A stretch of 64,000 nt of DNA from Eledone cirrhosa (lineage: Eukaryota). Below, piece after piece: positions 1 to 14,792 of the stretch. The translations under genes were made by a program, and so were the position numbers. How positions within the stretch are numbered: the first letter of the stretch is position 1; each line of letters opens with the position of its first letter. The notes under the pieces are model-generated. The model worked only from the letters and a program-made list of their open reading frames with translations. It was not told where the DNA came from and did no database searches. The stretch is taken from positions 37,076,001 to 37,140,000 of the forward strand of contig OZ024751.1 of NCBI GenBank assembly GCA_964016885.1, in the 5' to 3' direction.

Positions 1-966
1 GAGTGGTTAAAGGAATACCTCACAAACGTTTAGTGAACTAAACCCAATATTCAATTTTTATTCATGTCGATGGCTATACTCGATTTGTCAATGACTATAC
101 TCCAGCCAACTGTATTTCCGATAGAAATAGAACTCAATTTAACTAGCTAATGTAATCTTGGAGAAAATTTATAATTCATCTCTCTATGTTCCCAGTATTT
201 TAATATCTATTTCAACTAGTTTTCTGTTGAGAGTCTCACACTTTCGCCGCGGATTCCATGCAATTTTCCTGACAGTATACTGTACTTCTGTCCATTTAAC
301 TATCGATACTGTCTACCTCACCTCGCTTAGTGAATCAAATCCAGTATGTTAGTCATTTTACGATGTCCATTTTATCGACTCGGATAGCTTTTGAATTTAG
401 AACAAGCTGGTCTTAAACTGCACTAATTTAGCTCGGTATTGTGTCGATTATGAACAAATATAAAAAAAAGACGTCTCACAAATTATAAAAATGCAAGAAA
501 AAGCAACAACAAATATTTGTGTCTAATAATAATAACTTGTGTGAGAGGAAGACGAGTACGAGGGTGAAAGGGGGTTTTGAATTTAAAATATTAACGGTCT
601 AGCCGTTGAGATCAAACATAAAGGAAATGGTAATTGCAAGGCATATCAAAAGTAAAATTAAGGGTAGTTTGAATTGTAATGCCTCAAATATCAATAAGAA
701 TTTCGATCGGTGGTTTTTTTTCCTACAATTTTTTCCCCTTCAATATCAGTTATTAACCGCTTCGTAAAAAAAAAAAAAAAAAGAAGAAAAAAGAAAAAAG
801 AAAACATTACGTTTTTCATTTTTATTTTTTGACTTTCGATGTTTGCAATTAAGACAATGAAAGATTTTTACCAAATAAAATCCATCTTTTCGCTAAGGTT
901 CGATCTCATATGCAAAACATGTTGGAAGAGAAAAGCGGTGGTTATGAGAAAAAAAAAAATTTTATT

Positions 967-1022
<56 letters not shown>

Positions 1023-1276
1023 AATGAATAATATTAAAAAAAAAATTATTTGAAAGCAAAAAGTAAATGGACATCGTTATAGTAATTTTTCAATTATTGA
1101 TAACTTGTAACAACGGGTTTTGAAAACGCAATATGACCAAAAAGATTCGCCCATATACATGTCTCTCTCTCCCACCCTCTCTCTCTTCTCTCTCTCTCTC
1201 TCTCACGCATATATAGGTATGCACAAAACATCCCCCACCTATATATATATATATATATTTATTCGTGTGTGTGTAT

Positions 1277-1312
<36 letters not shown>

Positions 1313-1774
1313 TCATGAAATGTTGTATGACCTTTGCAAATTGCTATAGAAAATATCAAAATACCAAATTAGTATACAATTTATAATAAATGCAGACATA
1401 TTTTCACACGTTGATAACGTAGAAATTGTTTTCAAATAAATAAATATAAATAAATTATTGGTTTTTTATTCTTTTGTTGCCACCATAAGAAAGTCGTGTA
1501 TTTTGTGGGGGAGCAGGAAAGAGAGACGTGGAAAAAGGTGACAACAAGAACGTTAGGTGCGAACGTGAAATGTAATATTGAATCTACATTGTGGTATTAT
1601 GTCTGATGATGCATTCATTAGTACTAACGCTGCAACTCTCATTAAAGTTGCTTATTCATTATCGGTAACATGATTTATGAAAAAATAATCAATCCTGTGT
1701 AATATTTGGGGAGGAGAGAATAAGGTACATGAGTAATTGTCCAGAACGCCGTTGGAAATACTTTGCAATATAAT

Positions 1775-1777
<3 letters not shown>

Positions 1778-1852
<75 letters not shown>

Positions 1853-1854
1853 TA

Positions 1855-1910
<56 letters not shown>

Positions 1911-1997
1911 AATATATATATATAAATATAATATATATATATAAATATAAATATATATATATAAATATAAATATATATATAAATATATATATATATT

Positions 1998-2033
<36 letters not shown>

Positions 2034-2042
2034 TAAATATAT

Positions 2043-2111
<69 letters not shown>

Positions 2112-2160
2112 AATATATATATAAATATATATATAAATATATATATAAATATATATATAA

Positions 2161-2243
<83 letters not shown>

Positions 2244-2279
2244 GTGAGACTTAGTTCCACAACAACTTACCAAACCAGA

Positions 2280-2352
<73 letters not shown>
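1778..2352. repeat. Compound (TA)n/(GA)n/(CA)n microsatellite, representative of dozens in the window (e.g. 14120-14790, 21565-22170, 35270-35895, 62385-62660)
   Basis: Direct inspection. Confidence 0.95.
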
Positions 2353-2643
<291 letters not shown>

Positions 2644-2714
2644 GAGAGAGACTCACTTCCACAACGACTTAACAACTGAGCAAACCACACACACATTTAC
2701 ATATATATTATATA

Positions 2715-2746
<32 letters not shown>

Positions 2747-3037
2747 GACTGTTCTTATTGTGGAGTTTCACCTATTTACTCAAACTAACATCGGACAAGA
2801 CCCTTCACCAGTTCACTTCCCTTTCGGGGATCAACAAATTCAAATCAGTGTCAGTCAAAATCTGGGTTCAATTTAAACTCCTGCAACAACCCATAATATG
2901 TCTGGTCTGATACTAATTACCTGAATCAATTGTTGTATCTTAAAACGCAAAGGAGCTCAATATGTCAGAAAAATTTCGTCCGACGCTCTCACGATTCATA
3001 TAATCCAACCTTTTTGTATATTTACATATTTAAAATA

Positions 3038-3214
3038 ATTGTTTCTACTTTTGGCACAAGGCCAGCAATTATCCCAGTGTATTACTGGTACTTTATTTTA
3101 CTGACCCCGTACGGATGAAAGGCAAAGTTAATCTCGGTGGGATTTGACCTCAATCCGTAAAGGGACGTAACTGTGCTGCAAAGCATGGCGTCCGACCCTC
3201 TACCGATACTGCCA
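3038..3214 (-). mobile_element. tRNA-derived SINE (dominant family; Nin-like central domain by recollection)
   Basis: A-box TGGCAGTATCGG, B-box-like TCAAATCC, central GGGGTCnnTAAAATAAAGTACCAG, 3' GGCCTTGTGCC..AGAAACAAT. Confidence 0.85.
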
Positions 3215-3599
3215 AAAATAATGTACAACGAATATAATCATCAAGGGATGATTAAAACCTCATTTGGAATAATCTTGATGTAATTAAATGCATTTTAAAT
3301 ATAATATTTGACGTTGAAATGAGAAAGTTATTCTGACTGGGATCGTTTATGAATTATTTCGTAACATAATACCATTTCGAGCAGTTTCAATAATTCTAAA
3401 GGTTCTCCTCATTTAATTTCTCTCTTCGTCAGTGTTTTTGACACGTGAGACACATAAGTGTGGTACGAAATAAGAAAACTGAATTGTGAACACTAGTGTC
3501 GTCGGTTGTTGGTTTCCAAAGAGCCAATTATTCCAATACTGCTTTTATATTAATGATTGTCATACTAACAAATGTCGCTTTCTCACTTTCTATATGTCC

Positions 3600-3713
<114 letters not shown>

Positions 3714-3806
3714 CACAGTAATGGTAGTTAAGACGGGATTAAAATCCATAATTATTTATTGCATTAAATATAATTCTGTTACATGGTTATTCATGTGACT
3801 TGTAAT

Positions 3807-3913
<107 letters not shown>

Positions 3914-3916
3914 ATT

Positions 3917-3969
<53 letters not shown>

Positions 3970-3982
3970 ATATATTTATATA

Positions 3983-4111
<129 letters not shown>

Positions 4112-4209
4112 TCCTTAAAATGTATACACACTTCAACAGCATTCTAATAAATATTGCCTGTGCAGCTAATCAAAGTGTGTTTGGGACACCCTGTGTGTAA
4201 GTGTGTGTG

Positions 4210-4292
<83 letters not shown>

Positions 4293-4745
4293 CTGTGTGT
4301 GTGTGTGTGTATGTGTCTTCATTTGAGTGTCCAGCTGCTTCAGCTTGGAGAGTTCTCGAATATCTCTGCAAGGCATGACACATACGTCCCGTGAATGACA
4401 TTCAAACTAAACAATACTGGGTACAATAGTGTTGGATATGAGACAAGTCGGCTGGCATTCGCATGAATGTTTTAAACCTCACTGTTGCCCCCTCAGTTGT
4501 TGTGGAATTATTTGTCCCCTTCACATTCACTCTTTTGCCAATGAACCTATTGGTGATTGTGATACTCACTGGTAACTTAAACGACTACCAAACTGATGGA
4601 TGTGTAGGATCAGTCTTATATTTTGTAACTCTGATAAGGATCACTGCATATGTGTACCACAAGAAGAATTCATTGAACAACAGCCAGGTTCTATTTACAC
4701 GGAGTTTAAACTATTTGGTACTGCACCACCCATGAATATAGCCCG

Positions 4746-4803
<58 letters not shown>

Positions 4804-4921
4804 TGTTATACTTTGGGAGGGTCATGTTGCCAATAAGAAACACACGCACCAGTTGCTTTCACTCCAGTTTATTATAAATTAAATTTATAAATTTAAGAAT
4901 TTATAAATTTCCGGTTCGGCC

Positions 4922-5380
4922 CTAGACAAACTTAAACTAAATTTTAAGACAGTAGAAAGACCAGGTACCTCCATAAAAAACACTTATTAGTAATACATAC
5001 CCTTTTCAAAGACCTCCCTGTATAGATAAGAAATGCATAATCTGTAAACTAAACCCCCATATTAACTGTAAAACTAGAAACATAGTATATAGCATAATAT
5101 GTACTGAAGGACAATGTAAAGATAAGAATATAGTGTACATAAGTAAGACAGCTCGTAGAATAGGAGAACGATTAAATGAACACTGGCGAGAGCTTCAAGA
5201 TAGAAAAGATTCATCAGTACTCCACCAATATGCTAAAATAGAACATAAGGGCAAATTAGAGAACATAGAAATAAAAATAAAATCTACACACAGAAAAGAC
5301 GCAATGTTTAGACAAATCACAGAGGCAATACACATAAATGTTCTCCAACCAAATTAAATAGAAAACATGAATGGAATAGC
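4922..5380 (+). pseudogene. Penelope-like GIY-YIG endonuclease remnant with Cys-rich linker
   Basis: Reads VERPGTSIK..PCIDKKCIICKLNPHINCKTRNIVYSIICTEGQCKDKNIVYISKTARRIGERLNEH...RQITEAIHI...LNRKHEW with frameshifts. Confidence 0.8.
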
Positions 5381-5597
5381 AACATCACAACTTACAATTA
5401 AATACAAAATGGAAACACACACACATAGAACAAACAACCAGACGGTAACATGTAAATAAACAAATAAATAAACAAATAAAAACACACACAGACACCCGGA
5501 TGTAACACATGCGCAAACGAAACACACAATACACACAAAAACAAGATGGCGTAGGACAGAAAAAAGGAGAAGCACAAAACAAAGAGAAGAATCCCCA

Positions 5598-5640
5598 GTC
5601 ACTGAAGAGGTCACATAATGTGTGGCGAAAGAACTTTGAC
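5598..5640 (+). ncRNA. Minimal type-I hammerhead ribozyme (PLE pseudo-LTR)
   Basis: GTCA-CTGAAGA-G-GTCACAT(AAT)GTGTGGC-GAA-AG(AA)CT-T-TGAC: stem I, core, stem II, short stem III, UH. Confidence 0.78.
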
Positions 5641-5846
5641 AATATATGAACAACCATCCGGTTGTGGAACCAACCAACCGGAAATTTATAAATTCTTAAA
5701 TATATAAATTTAGTTTATAATAAATTGGAGTGGAAGCAACTGGTGCGTGTGTTTGTTATTGGCAACATGACCCTCCCAAAGTATAACAATATCGGTTTCA
5801 ACACACGTTTTCTGATAAAGAATCTTGCTAAACAAATTTAGAAACG

Positions 5847-5889
<43 letters not shown>

Positions 5890-5890
<1 letters not shown>

Positions 5891-6047
5891 CGAACCAAAG
5901 TATAAACTTCCTGCTTTCCTTCGGTTGCAACGTTTTTCGAAATATTTACTTCTGCGTTCACAGATTGATTTTTTTAGTTTCAGAAGATCCCGTTAAGGGT
6001 GAAAACAGCGATTCTTTGCTTAAACTTTAACCTGATATTTTAACATA
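5890..6047 (+). mobile_element. Family B fragment
   Basis: CAGAAGATCCCGTTAAGGGTGAAA...GATTCTTTGCTTAAACTTTAA, homologous to 19957-20150. Confidence 0.7.
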
Positions 6048-6053
6048 TGTATA

Positions 6054-6086
<33 letters not shown>

Positions 6087-6969
6087 GTGTGTGTGTGCAA
6101 CCTATATAATCATCTAATTTTCTGTAAAGAGAAATTGTAACTATTATTATTATTATTCATTTATGTTCAACTAAAATAAGCGCAAATGAAATACATGAAT
6201 AAATAAAATTATAATGGCCCGTATTTTGGTTCATGAATTTACAAATATGAACAATGTTCGTGTGTATATAGAGTTTCAGAGAAGCTAAACTACACATTTA
6301 AATGGATTCCTATCTAAATTACAATCTTCCAACAAAATATGTATAAGAACCAGATGCTTAATAATGAAATAACTAAGAATTTAGTACATTCTTCAAAAGT
6401 CTTCTTTAATTATATGTAATAAAGTGTAATTTCATTAAAATATTTACGAAAGGCTTAATAGTACAATATATCAATTTGGTTTCAAATGCACTCCTCGAGA
6501 AATAAATAAATTATGAAATGTTCCTAGTTTGGGAGATGAAGTTAAACATTTTGGTGGACTTTTTTTCTCCCTTCGACTGACTGAACACTTGATGATTTTA
6601 TGATAAAAGTAGAATATTTAAATTTGTTCAAATGTACCTCTCGAGTTCATATTAATATTCCACAACACTCAAAAGACTTTCATATTACTAATAGAAGAAA
6701 GGAAAAAGAAAAATGAAATATAAAGAATCATTGGTGTGCCTGTTCTATATCCATCTCGAGGTCTTGACTATTTTATTAGCATCATTTTTCTATATTTTTT
6801 TTTAATGAGTTCCGTGAGAAATAATAAAATTATAAAGGGTTGGATTTTTTTTTTTTTATTAGTAGAATTACGGTTATGAATGGATTAAACGAACGCCATG
6901 AGGAAACAATTTAAATGATAATAGCTTGGAAGTTTGGAGAATTTTTATTATAATTATGGCCATAAATGG

Positions 6970-7230
6970 TGAAGGCGCTAGGTATAATCGTTGAAGTGTT
7001 TGAATTATGACCATAAGGACGTGAGCTCGATTCCTGGGTAGATTTTGCATTGTGTTCTTGAACAAAATACATCATTTCTCGCTGCACAAGAATATTCACC
7101 TTAAAATGAGTATCAACTGTAGCTGGGAGTATGATGGCCTGGCATTCGGTTCAGCGGAGATATTGTACTTTTAGTCACTTAACGTCAAGGAAAGCATGAT
7201 AAACCCACTCTAATGAGCCCTAGGGTTAGA
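6970..7230 (+). mobile_element. Degenerate tRNA-derived SINE of another family
   Basis: B-box-like GAGCTCGATTCC followed by TTGTGTTCTTGAACAAAATAC core; similar minus-strand copy at about 33940-34088. Confidence 0.5.
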
Positions 7231-7776
7231 ATCAAGCTATATAGGTTTTAGACACGAATGGGTTAGAAGTAAAATTTAGAGTTCTACAAGGAATATATAA
7301 ATGTATAAACTTTAAGAAACTTTGGACGCTTTATTCTGTTTTCTACTGACTAAAACTCTTGACTATTTTAATAGTACAAATTTTCTCATTTTCTACTTTT
7401 CTAATGTACTTCTCAAGTTTGTATTCATATTCAACAAAATTTAAACCACTCTCAAATTACTAATATAATAATAAGAAGACGAACGAATTATTGATATTAA
7501 TTTTTTTTTCTATATTGTCTAATGAGTTGGCTGCTATCAATCTCCCCCACCAATGAAGGTAGCTTTTGATATGTTAATGATTGAGTGAAAAAATCTATAA
7601 TTTCCATATTCTATTTAATTAACAACTCAAAGGGAGCGGCTTTAGACTAAAAAGAACATAATTTAGCTGAATATTAAAAAATTATTTTCCACTCGATAAA
7701 TCTTCTTTCTTTCTCTCTGTGTAGTTAGTAGTTGGTTGAAATGTTAAAAATGGCACAAACGTAGCAGTAGCAGCAA

Positions 7777-7820
<44 letters not shown>

Positions 7821-7927
7821 AGGTCTGGAATGATTGCAAGAAATGTTCTTCTCCACCCCTCCATAGCTCGACTGTGTGGGTGTAAATAATTGAAAGATTC
7901 GAAAAAACGCGAATGAACGGTAAGTGC

Positions 7928-7976
<49 letters not shown>

Positions 7977-8103
7977 TCGTATAAGTTTCTTTCTTTCCCA
8001 AACGTCCAGCCTCTACTTTTTCCGAGGTTTACTCGTTCTCGATAAGCGACTAACGGCCGATAATTTTCCTTTTCCAACAACCGTGAAACTAATAAAACTT
8101 TAT

Positions 8104-8178
<75 letters not shown>

Positions 8179-8548
8179 CACTCGAGAATCATTGTCAAAA
8201 GATCTACCAAAACCTGGAACAGATCAGGCGACTATAAACGATTCTTCTTTAACTGTGTTTTATGATCTAGACTAGCCAGTAATTAATCATTTTAAGACAA
8301 GTAAAAAAAAAATGTTTATCGATCTGTGATTGACAAAGCACTATGTTTCCGGATATAAACACCAAACCTTGAAAATTATAGGAAACACACACTCGCATTG
8401 TATATATATATAGTTAGTAAGAGAATATTCGCCATGATGGCCCACGGTGGCCTAATACATTCCTCCTAAGTATAAAAAATCTGCAACCCATTATGCCTCG
8501 AGTACTACATTGGTTACTGGTCTTTCTGAACTCAGCACCACAGACACT

Positions 8549-8691
<143 letters not shown>

Positions 8692-8801
8692 GAGAATGGA
8701 AGAAAGAGTATAAGAGATAGGAAGAGAAACTATAATAGTCAGAGACAGCATTTAATGAGTGTATATCTGTGAAAGTGAGAGCTAGATATATAGACGGAGA
8801 A

Positions 8802-8852
<51 letters not shown>

Positions 8853-8853
<1 letters not shown>

Positions 8854-9089
8854 GGAAAAAGTATGACCCCGACGGCAGAGCTCAAGCCGTTTCGACGGCT
8901 ATTTCTGGACTAAATTAGAATTTTTTGCCTGGCTAAAAATTCTAATTTAGTCCAGAAATAGTCGTCGAAACGGTTTGAACTCTGCCGTCGGGGTCATACT
9001 TTTTTCCCAATTCCCACTCTACTACTCTAAGTATTGAGTACTCTGGTGTGATAAGGTCCTTCTGGTTCCTTACCACATTTCCTTTGTTA
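8853..9089 (+). mobile_element. Palindromic TA-embedded element with 3' half of a hammerhead (family C)
   Basis: Arms 8853-9007; GAAACGGT-TTGAACTCT-GCCGTC-GGGGTC; ~80-nt tail; homologous to 59610-59825, 11366-11428 and 19771-19836. Confidence 0.7.
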
Positions 9090-9103
9090 TAATATATAAT
9101 ATA

Positions 9104-9212
<109 letters not shown>

Positions 9213-9487
9213 GTGAGGCATGAAAGAAAGTGTGGGAAAGACGGAATCACACGTGGAAAGATGTGTGGGGTTAGACTTTTGAATGAGCTTTCGTAAATTA
9301 GAAGTCTGCAAGAGCCGGAAGAGTTTGGAATCTAGGAGAAGCCATTCCAGTTGGCTCAAGCATCTGTTTCTAATCAAAGAGGGATTATTTATGCTTGTAG
9401 AACAAAATATCCATTATACATTACTCTTGTCAACCTCTTACACACACACTTTACAGGCACACACACATACACACATTTATATATATG

Positions 9488-9521
<34 letters not shown>

Positions 9522-9912
9522 CGAGTATATAATGCGTATGTATATGTATAAATACATATATTTGTGTGTATAAACAAGGATATATATATACACACACACA
9601 TATATATATATATATATACATATCTATATATATACATATATACATACATATACATATGTATATATATATATACATATATATGTATATGTATACATATATA
9701 TATATATATACACACTCAAATCCATATGCATTAAATTTATACAGAGTAAGTGAGCAGATAGAACGCTCCACGCATGCTCCGTCTGCAAATGTATGGGTAT
9801 TTGGAATATAAGAATTTCGTGTTAGATTTCTGGTCTATTATCGTGTCAACACTCTGAAACGCTTGTGTGAATATGTGTATAATTATGTATGAATGCGTAG
9901 ATATGCACACAC

Positions 9913-9960
<48 letters not shown>

Positions 9961-9984
9961 CATATATTGAGAATGTGAGCGGGG

Positions 9985-10012
9985 GACGTTTCGGCCATAA
10001 GCCCTTCATCAA
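9985..10012 (-). ncRNA. Degenerate minimal hammerhead (fragment about 9968-10127)
   Basis: TTGATGA-A-GGGC(TTAT)GGCC-GAAACGTC. Confidence 0.5.
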
Positions 10013-10335
10013 AAGAAAAGTGAGCAGGAAAAGGGTTCCGGGGATGTGAGTAGAAGTGGTGGAAAGACATTAAAAAGATGGAAGGGGCGGGAGTAAAAAA
10101 TTAAAAAGAGGGTAAACAAATTAAAATTATATATATATACATATACACACAGACACATAAATTTTAAGTAAATACATCTATCGTTTTAGAATATACCCGA
10201 ATAAAGATAATGGTATAAATATATAAACTGAAAGATTGACAGACAGATGAATATAGTGTTCCAGACATCAGTACGCAGTTACATACATAAAGACAGCCGA
10301 ACCGTCCCCTCAATCTATCTTATTTCTCATTCTTT

Positions 10336-10370
10336 CTTCTGATGAAGGACTAGCGTCCGAAATGTTAAGA
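10336..10370 (+). ncRNA. Degenerate minimal hammerhead within a PLE-like fragment (about 10291-10457)
   Basis: CTGATGA-A-GGAC(TAGC)GTCC-GAAATGTTA-AGA; stem III probably from AACGTT by CpG decay. Confidence 0.6.
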
Positions 10371-10846
10371 CCCTCTTCCTGCTATATCAAGCGTTAACCT
10401 AATATATCACTTCCATATACTGTACCGGCTGTGTTGTTATTTATGTTTACCTTTTACATACATATATATATATATATATAAAGACACATATAATGATATA
10501 TATATATACATATATATTATATATATATGCTTACATTGCCATATTTTGCAGAATCAACGTGTTCTGTTACCAAGCATCCATCTGAGATATATGTCCTATA
10601 TTAACATAAAGACATCTGTATACATTTAAATTCATATTTATTGACTCAAGTAGTTATACTATGCAACATCTCCTGGGGTACAAATCACACAGCCCTCATA
10701 GCTAAATATGCATCTATATATTAGTATATGTGGAAGTGTATTTTGTGTATGTGTGTGTACGAATTCACTGATGCATGTATGATTTTACGAAAACATTACC
10801 AAGGATATGCCGCAAGAAATACATACTAAGATACAGATGGCTTCAA

Positions 10847-10929
<83 letters not shown>

Positions 10930-10931
<2 letters not shown>

Positions 10932-11295
10932 GCAGAAGTTATATTTAATTTGTTGGGATTCCAACAAGCTTAAAGTTTATAACTGATATAAAGTACTCAA
11001 CAATATATTAATAAATGGAAACTATATTTATAAAACTATAATTATTTTATCATATATATTTCAAGGGCAACCAAGGCAATCTTGGTGCGCTTTCATCAGA
11101 TAAAATACAAGATTTGTTTTATAAATATTGACAGAACTGTGGAAAAACAACCTTGACGGTTATGTCAATATTTATAAAAAAATCTTGTATTTTATCTGAT
11201 GAAAACGCACCAAGAATGCCTTGGTTGACTTTGAAATATATATAATAAAATAATTATGGCTTTATAAATATAGTTTCCATTTATTAATATATTGT
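10930..11295 (-). mobile_element. Palindromic TA-embedded element
   Basis: ~135-bp arms 11000-11295; ~70-nt tail on the left containing AGTACTCAA. Confidence 0.62.
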
Positions 11296-11424
11296 ATATT
11301 TATATATATATATTTATCCCGACCCAGGCGCCAAGCGGTTCCGGCTTATATATACATATATATATAAGAAAAGAGTCAGGACCCCGACGACTAAACTCCG
11401 GCCGTTTCGACAGCTAGATCCGAA

Positions 11425-11463
<39 letters not shown>

Positions 11464-11711
11464 AATGTAACGTCTTGTAACTGTAGCTTAACCAGAGTGA
11501 GCACTCGATGCGGAGTTTCCAGTCAGTATAGCGATGTAGAACTAAGCAGATTGTAATTATAATCCTTCCCACCACCTATCATACACACCAAAACATTCAT
11601 TATAGCAAAAGCACCAATCAAAACGAACATTAACTGACCACCAAAAATGAATGTGAATCGTTATAGACCTCTCTAAGCCCACCAGCTTTGTTCTGTCATT
11701 AGCACAGCAGA

Positions 11712-11805
11712 GGTCCGACGAGCGTTTGATTCCTAGTAGGACTAGATCGATACAGATCGATACAGATTGAACCTTGAGCTGATCACTAGCGAAACGCGCG
11801 TCACT
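11712..11805 (+). ncRNA. Hammerhead-like motif with long stem II loop (fragment about 11461-11853)
   Basis: GT-CCGACGA-GC...(~65 nt)...GC-GAA-ACGCGCGT-C-AC; core has U4>C. Confidence 0.5.
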
Positions 11806-11848
11806 ACTCAATAAACATAATGAAGACATCAAAAATCGTCTTTTTTAT

Positions 11849-11896
<48 letters not shown>

Positions 11897-11936
11897 TGAA
11901 TTCACAAGAATCAAAGCTATGTTCAAAGCATTTATT

Positions 11937-11983
11937 CACTTACAATTGTTTCATCCAAACCTAGGCTTGGAATCTTCAGAGCA
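11937..11983 (-). ncRNA. Minimal hammerhead ribozyme with palindromic stem III
   Basis: TGCT-CTGAAGA-T-TCCAAGC(CTAG)GTTTGGA-T-GAA-ACAATTGT-A-AGTG; GUA cleavage triplet. Confidence 0.8.
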
Positions 11984-12520
11984 TTTTTCAATGCTTGTAC
12001 ATATAATTGACCTCCTATCCAACGCAAGAGACATACAGATACATATATGTATATTGATGTACAGTGGAGTGACATATATTATACTATACTATATTTGTAC
12101 ACCAATTCCAATTTAAAATCAAAATTAAAATACATGCGGCAGATAACACTGATAATGCAAGAGGATAGTTCGATAATCAGATCTAGTAGATAGTGTATGC
12201 GTTAGTCATACATGGTGCATACAAGTGTGTCTCATTTATATAGGAGTATTGTGTGGCAAGGTGTTACATGTAATGCATGCACTTTAAGCGGGTAAGCAAG
12301 AGTATTATGGAGAGTATTTTTTGTATAGATCAAAAAAGTATGTGTGCTGAAAAAGAAAAAGAAAAAGAAAGTTATAGTTTTCGCATCCACCACCATTTTC
12401 ACATAACTATAACTTCCTTTTTCTGAATGTAGTAAATGACGTTTTTTCCGTTCTTTTTTTCAGCTCATCGGAACTTCAAAATGAATATGAATTAAAGTAA
12501 ATAAAAAAGGTATATATATA

Positions 12521-13150
12521 TTGTTATACTTTGGGAGGGTCATGTTGCCAATAAGAATAAGAAATACACGCACCAGTTTCTTTCACTCCAATTTATTATA
12601 AAGGAACTCCAACCAAAATTAAATAGAAAACATGAATGGAATAGCAACATCACAACTTACAATTAGGGACAAAATGAAAACACACACACATAGAACAAAC
12701 GACTAATCAGTAACATGTAAATAAACAAATAAATAAACAAATAAAAACACACACAAATAAATAAACAAATAAAAACACACACAGACACCCGGATGTAACA
12801 CATGCGCAAACTAAGCACACAACACACACAAAAACAAGGTGCCGTAGGGCAGAACAAAGCAGAGGCACAAAACAAAGTAAATAATCCCCAGTCACTGAAG
12901 AGGTCACAGAATGTGTGGCGAAAGAACTTTGACAATATATGAACAACCGTCCGGTTGTGGAACCAACCAACCAACAAACCGGATATTTATAAATTTTTTA
13001 AATTTATAAATTTAATTTATAATAAATTGGAGTGGAAGCAACTGGTGCGTGTGTTTCTTATTGGCAACATGACCCTCCCAAAGTATAACAATATCGGTTT
13101 CATCACACGTTTTCAGATAAAGAATCTTGCTAAACAAATTCAGAAACGAA
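12521..13150 (+). mobile_element. Second copy of the same PLE 3' end, with inverted pLTR piece
   Basis: Homologous to about 5343-5849; 12521-12602 is an inverted copy of its own 3' part; TA-flanked. Confidence 0.88.
12891..12933 (+). ncRNA. Minimal hammerhead ribozyme
   Basis: GTCA-CTGAAGA-G-GTCACA(GAATG)TGTGGC-GAAAGAACTT-TGAC. Confidence 0.75.
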
Positions 13151-13170
13151 ATATATATATATATATACAT

Positions 13171-13412
13171 ATATTTATTAAAATAACAGATTAAAGTTTA
13201 AGCAAAGAATCGGTTCTTTCACCCTTAACGGGATCTTCTGAAACTAAACTGGTTAGTTTTAGAAAATCCCGTTAAGGGTGAAAGCACCGATTCTTTGCTT
13301 AAATTTTAATTTGTTATTTTAATAAATATTTGCTCCACGGTTCTTATATACTTGATATTTATTTAACCTTATCGAGCCCTCTTTCGATTTTAGTCTTCAA
13401 ATTTATTATTAT

Positions 13413-13416
<4 letters not shown>
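13171..13416 (+). mobile_element. Palindromic TA-embedded element, family B
   Basis: Arms 13171-13329 containing ATCCCGTTAAGGGTGAAAG; tail shared with 20878-20965. Confidence 0.7.
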
Positions 13417-13486
<70 letters not shown>

Positions 13487-13509
13487 TGTATATATATATA
13501 TATACACAT

Positions 13510-13544
<35 letters not shown>

Positions 13545-13546
<2 letters not shown>

Positions 13547-13852
13547 GTTATATAATAAACAACATAAAGCAATTATTCCATTTACCAGTGGTTTCTTGAA
13601 AGCAAACAAATTTTGCTTTCAATCATCAGAATGAAAAAAATCCTGGTGTATTTATTGGCATTGGATTTTAATGTCAATAAATACACCAGGATTTTTTCAT
13701 TCTGATGATTGAAAGCTAAGTTTGTTTGCTTTCAAGAAACCACTGGTAAATGAAATAATTGCCTTATGTTGTTTATTAAATAACTATTAAGTTCTGTAAC
13801 CTACATAGAGCACTCGTTTATCTTGGACCTTTCCGGCGGAATTACTTCATTC
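13545..13852 (+). mobile_element. Palindromic TA-embedded element
   Basis: Arms 13545-13786 around TTTC...GAAAGC; tail containing GAGCACTC. Confidence 0.62.
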
Positions 13853-13858
13853 ACACAC

Positions 13859-13918
<60 letters not shown>

Positions 13919-14211
13919 TGGTATTCAGTGTCTGTTTTCATTGTGATGCTGTATATACTTTAACCATCGATTCTCTTAAATCCTAATAATTATGTTATTC
14001 TAACTTAGCCAGTTTATTTTATCCGTACAAACTTTCAGTTGATGTATTTATGGTACTTAAGCCAACGGTCAGTCAAATGCCAGAACTAACGTTTATATGT
14101 TTTTACTAATTTGTCTGGACACATATACATGTAAACACATATGCACACACACACACACACACACATATATATACATACACACAAACACGCATATAAATAT
14201 ACATACAAACA

Positions 14212-14311
<100 letters not shown>

Positions 14312-14425
14312 TATATATATATATATATAAATAAATATATATATATATATATATAAATAAATATATATACATATGTATATACATATATATATACATATGT
14401 ATATACATATATATATATACATATG

Positions 14426-14478
<53 letters not shown>

Positions 14479-14541
14479 GTATATACATATATATATATAT
14501 ACATATGTATATACATATATATATATATATACATATGTATA

Positions 14542-14792
<251 letters not shown>

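Larger units (their letters stand above)
4803..5849 (+). mobile_element. Penelope-like element, 5'-truncated, with inverted partial pseudo-LTR
   Basis: 4803-4916 is an inverted copy of 5676-5789; GIY-YIG remnant; hammerhead at 5598; unpaired ~60-nt 3' tail; (TA)n on both sides. Confidence 0.88.
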
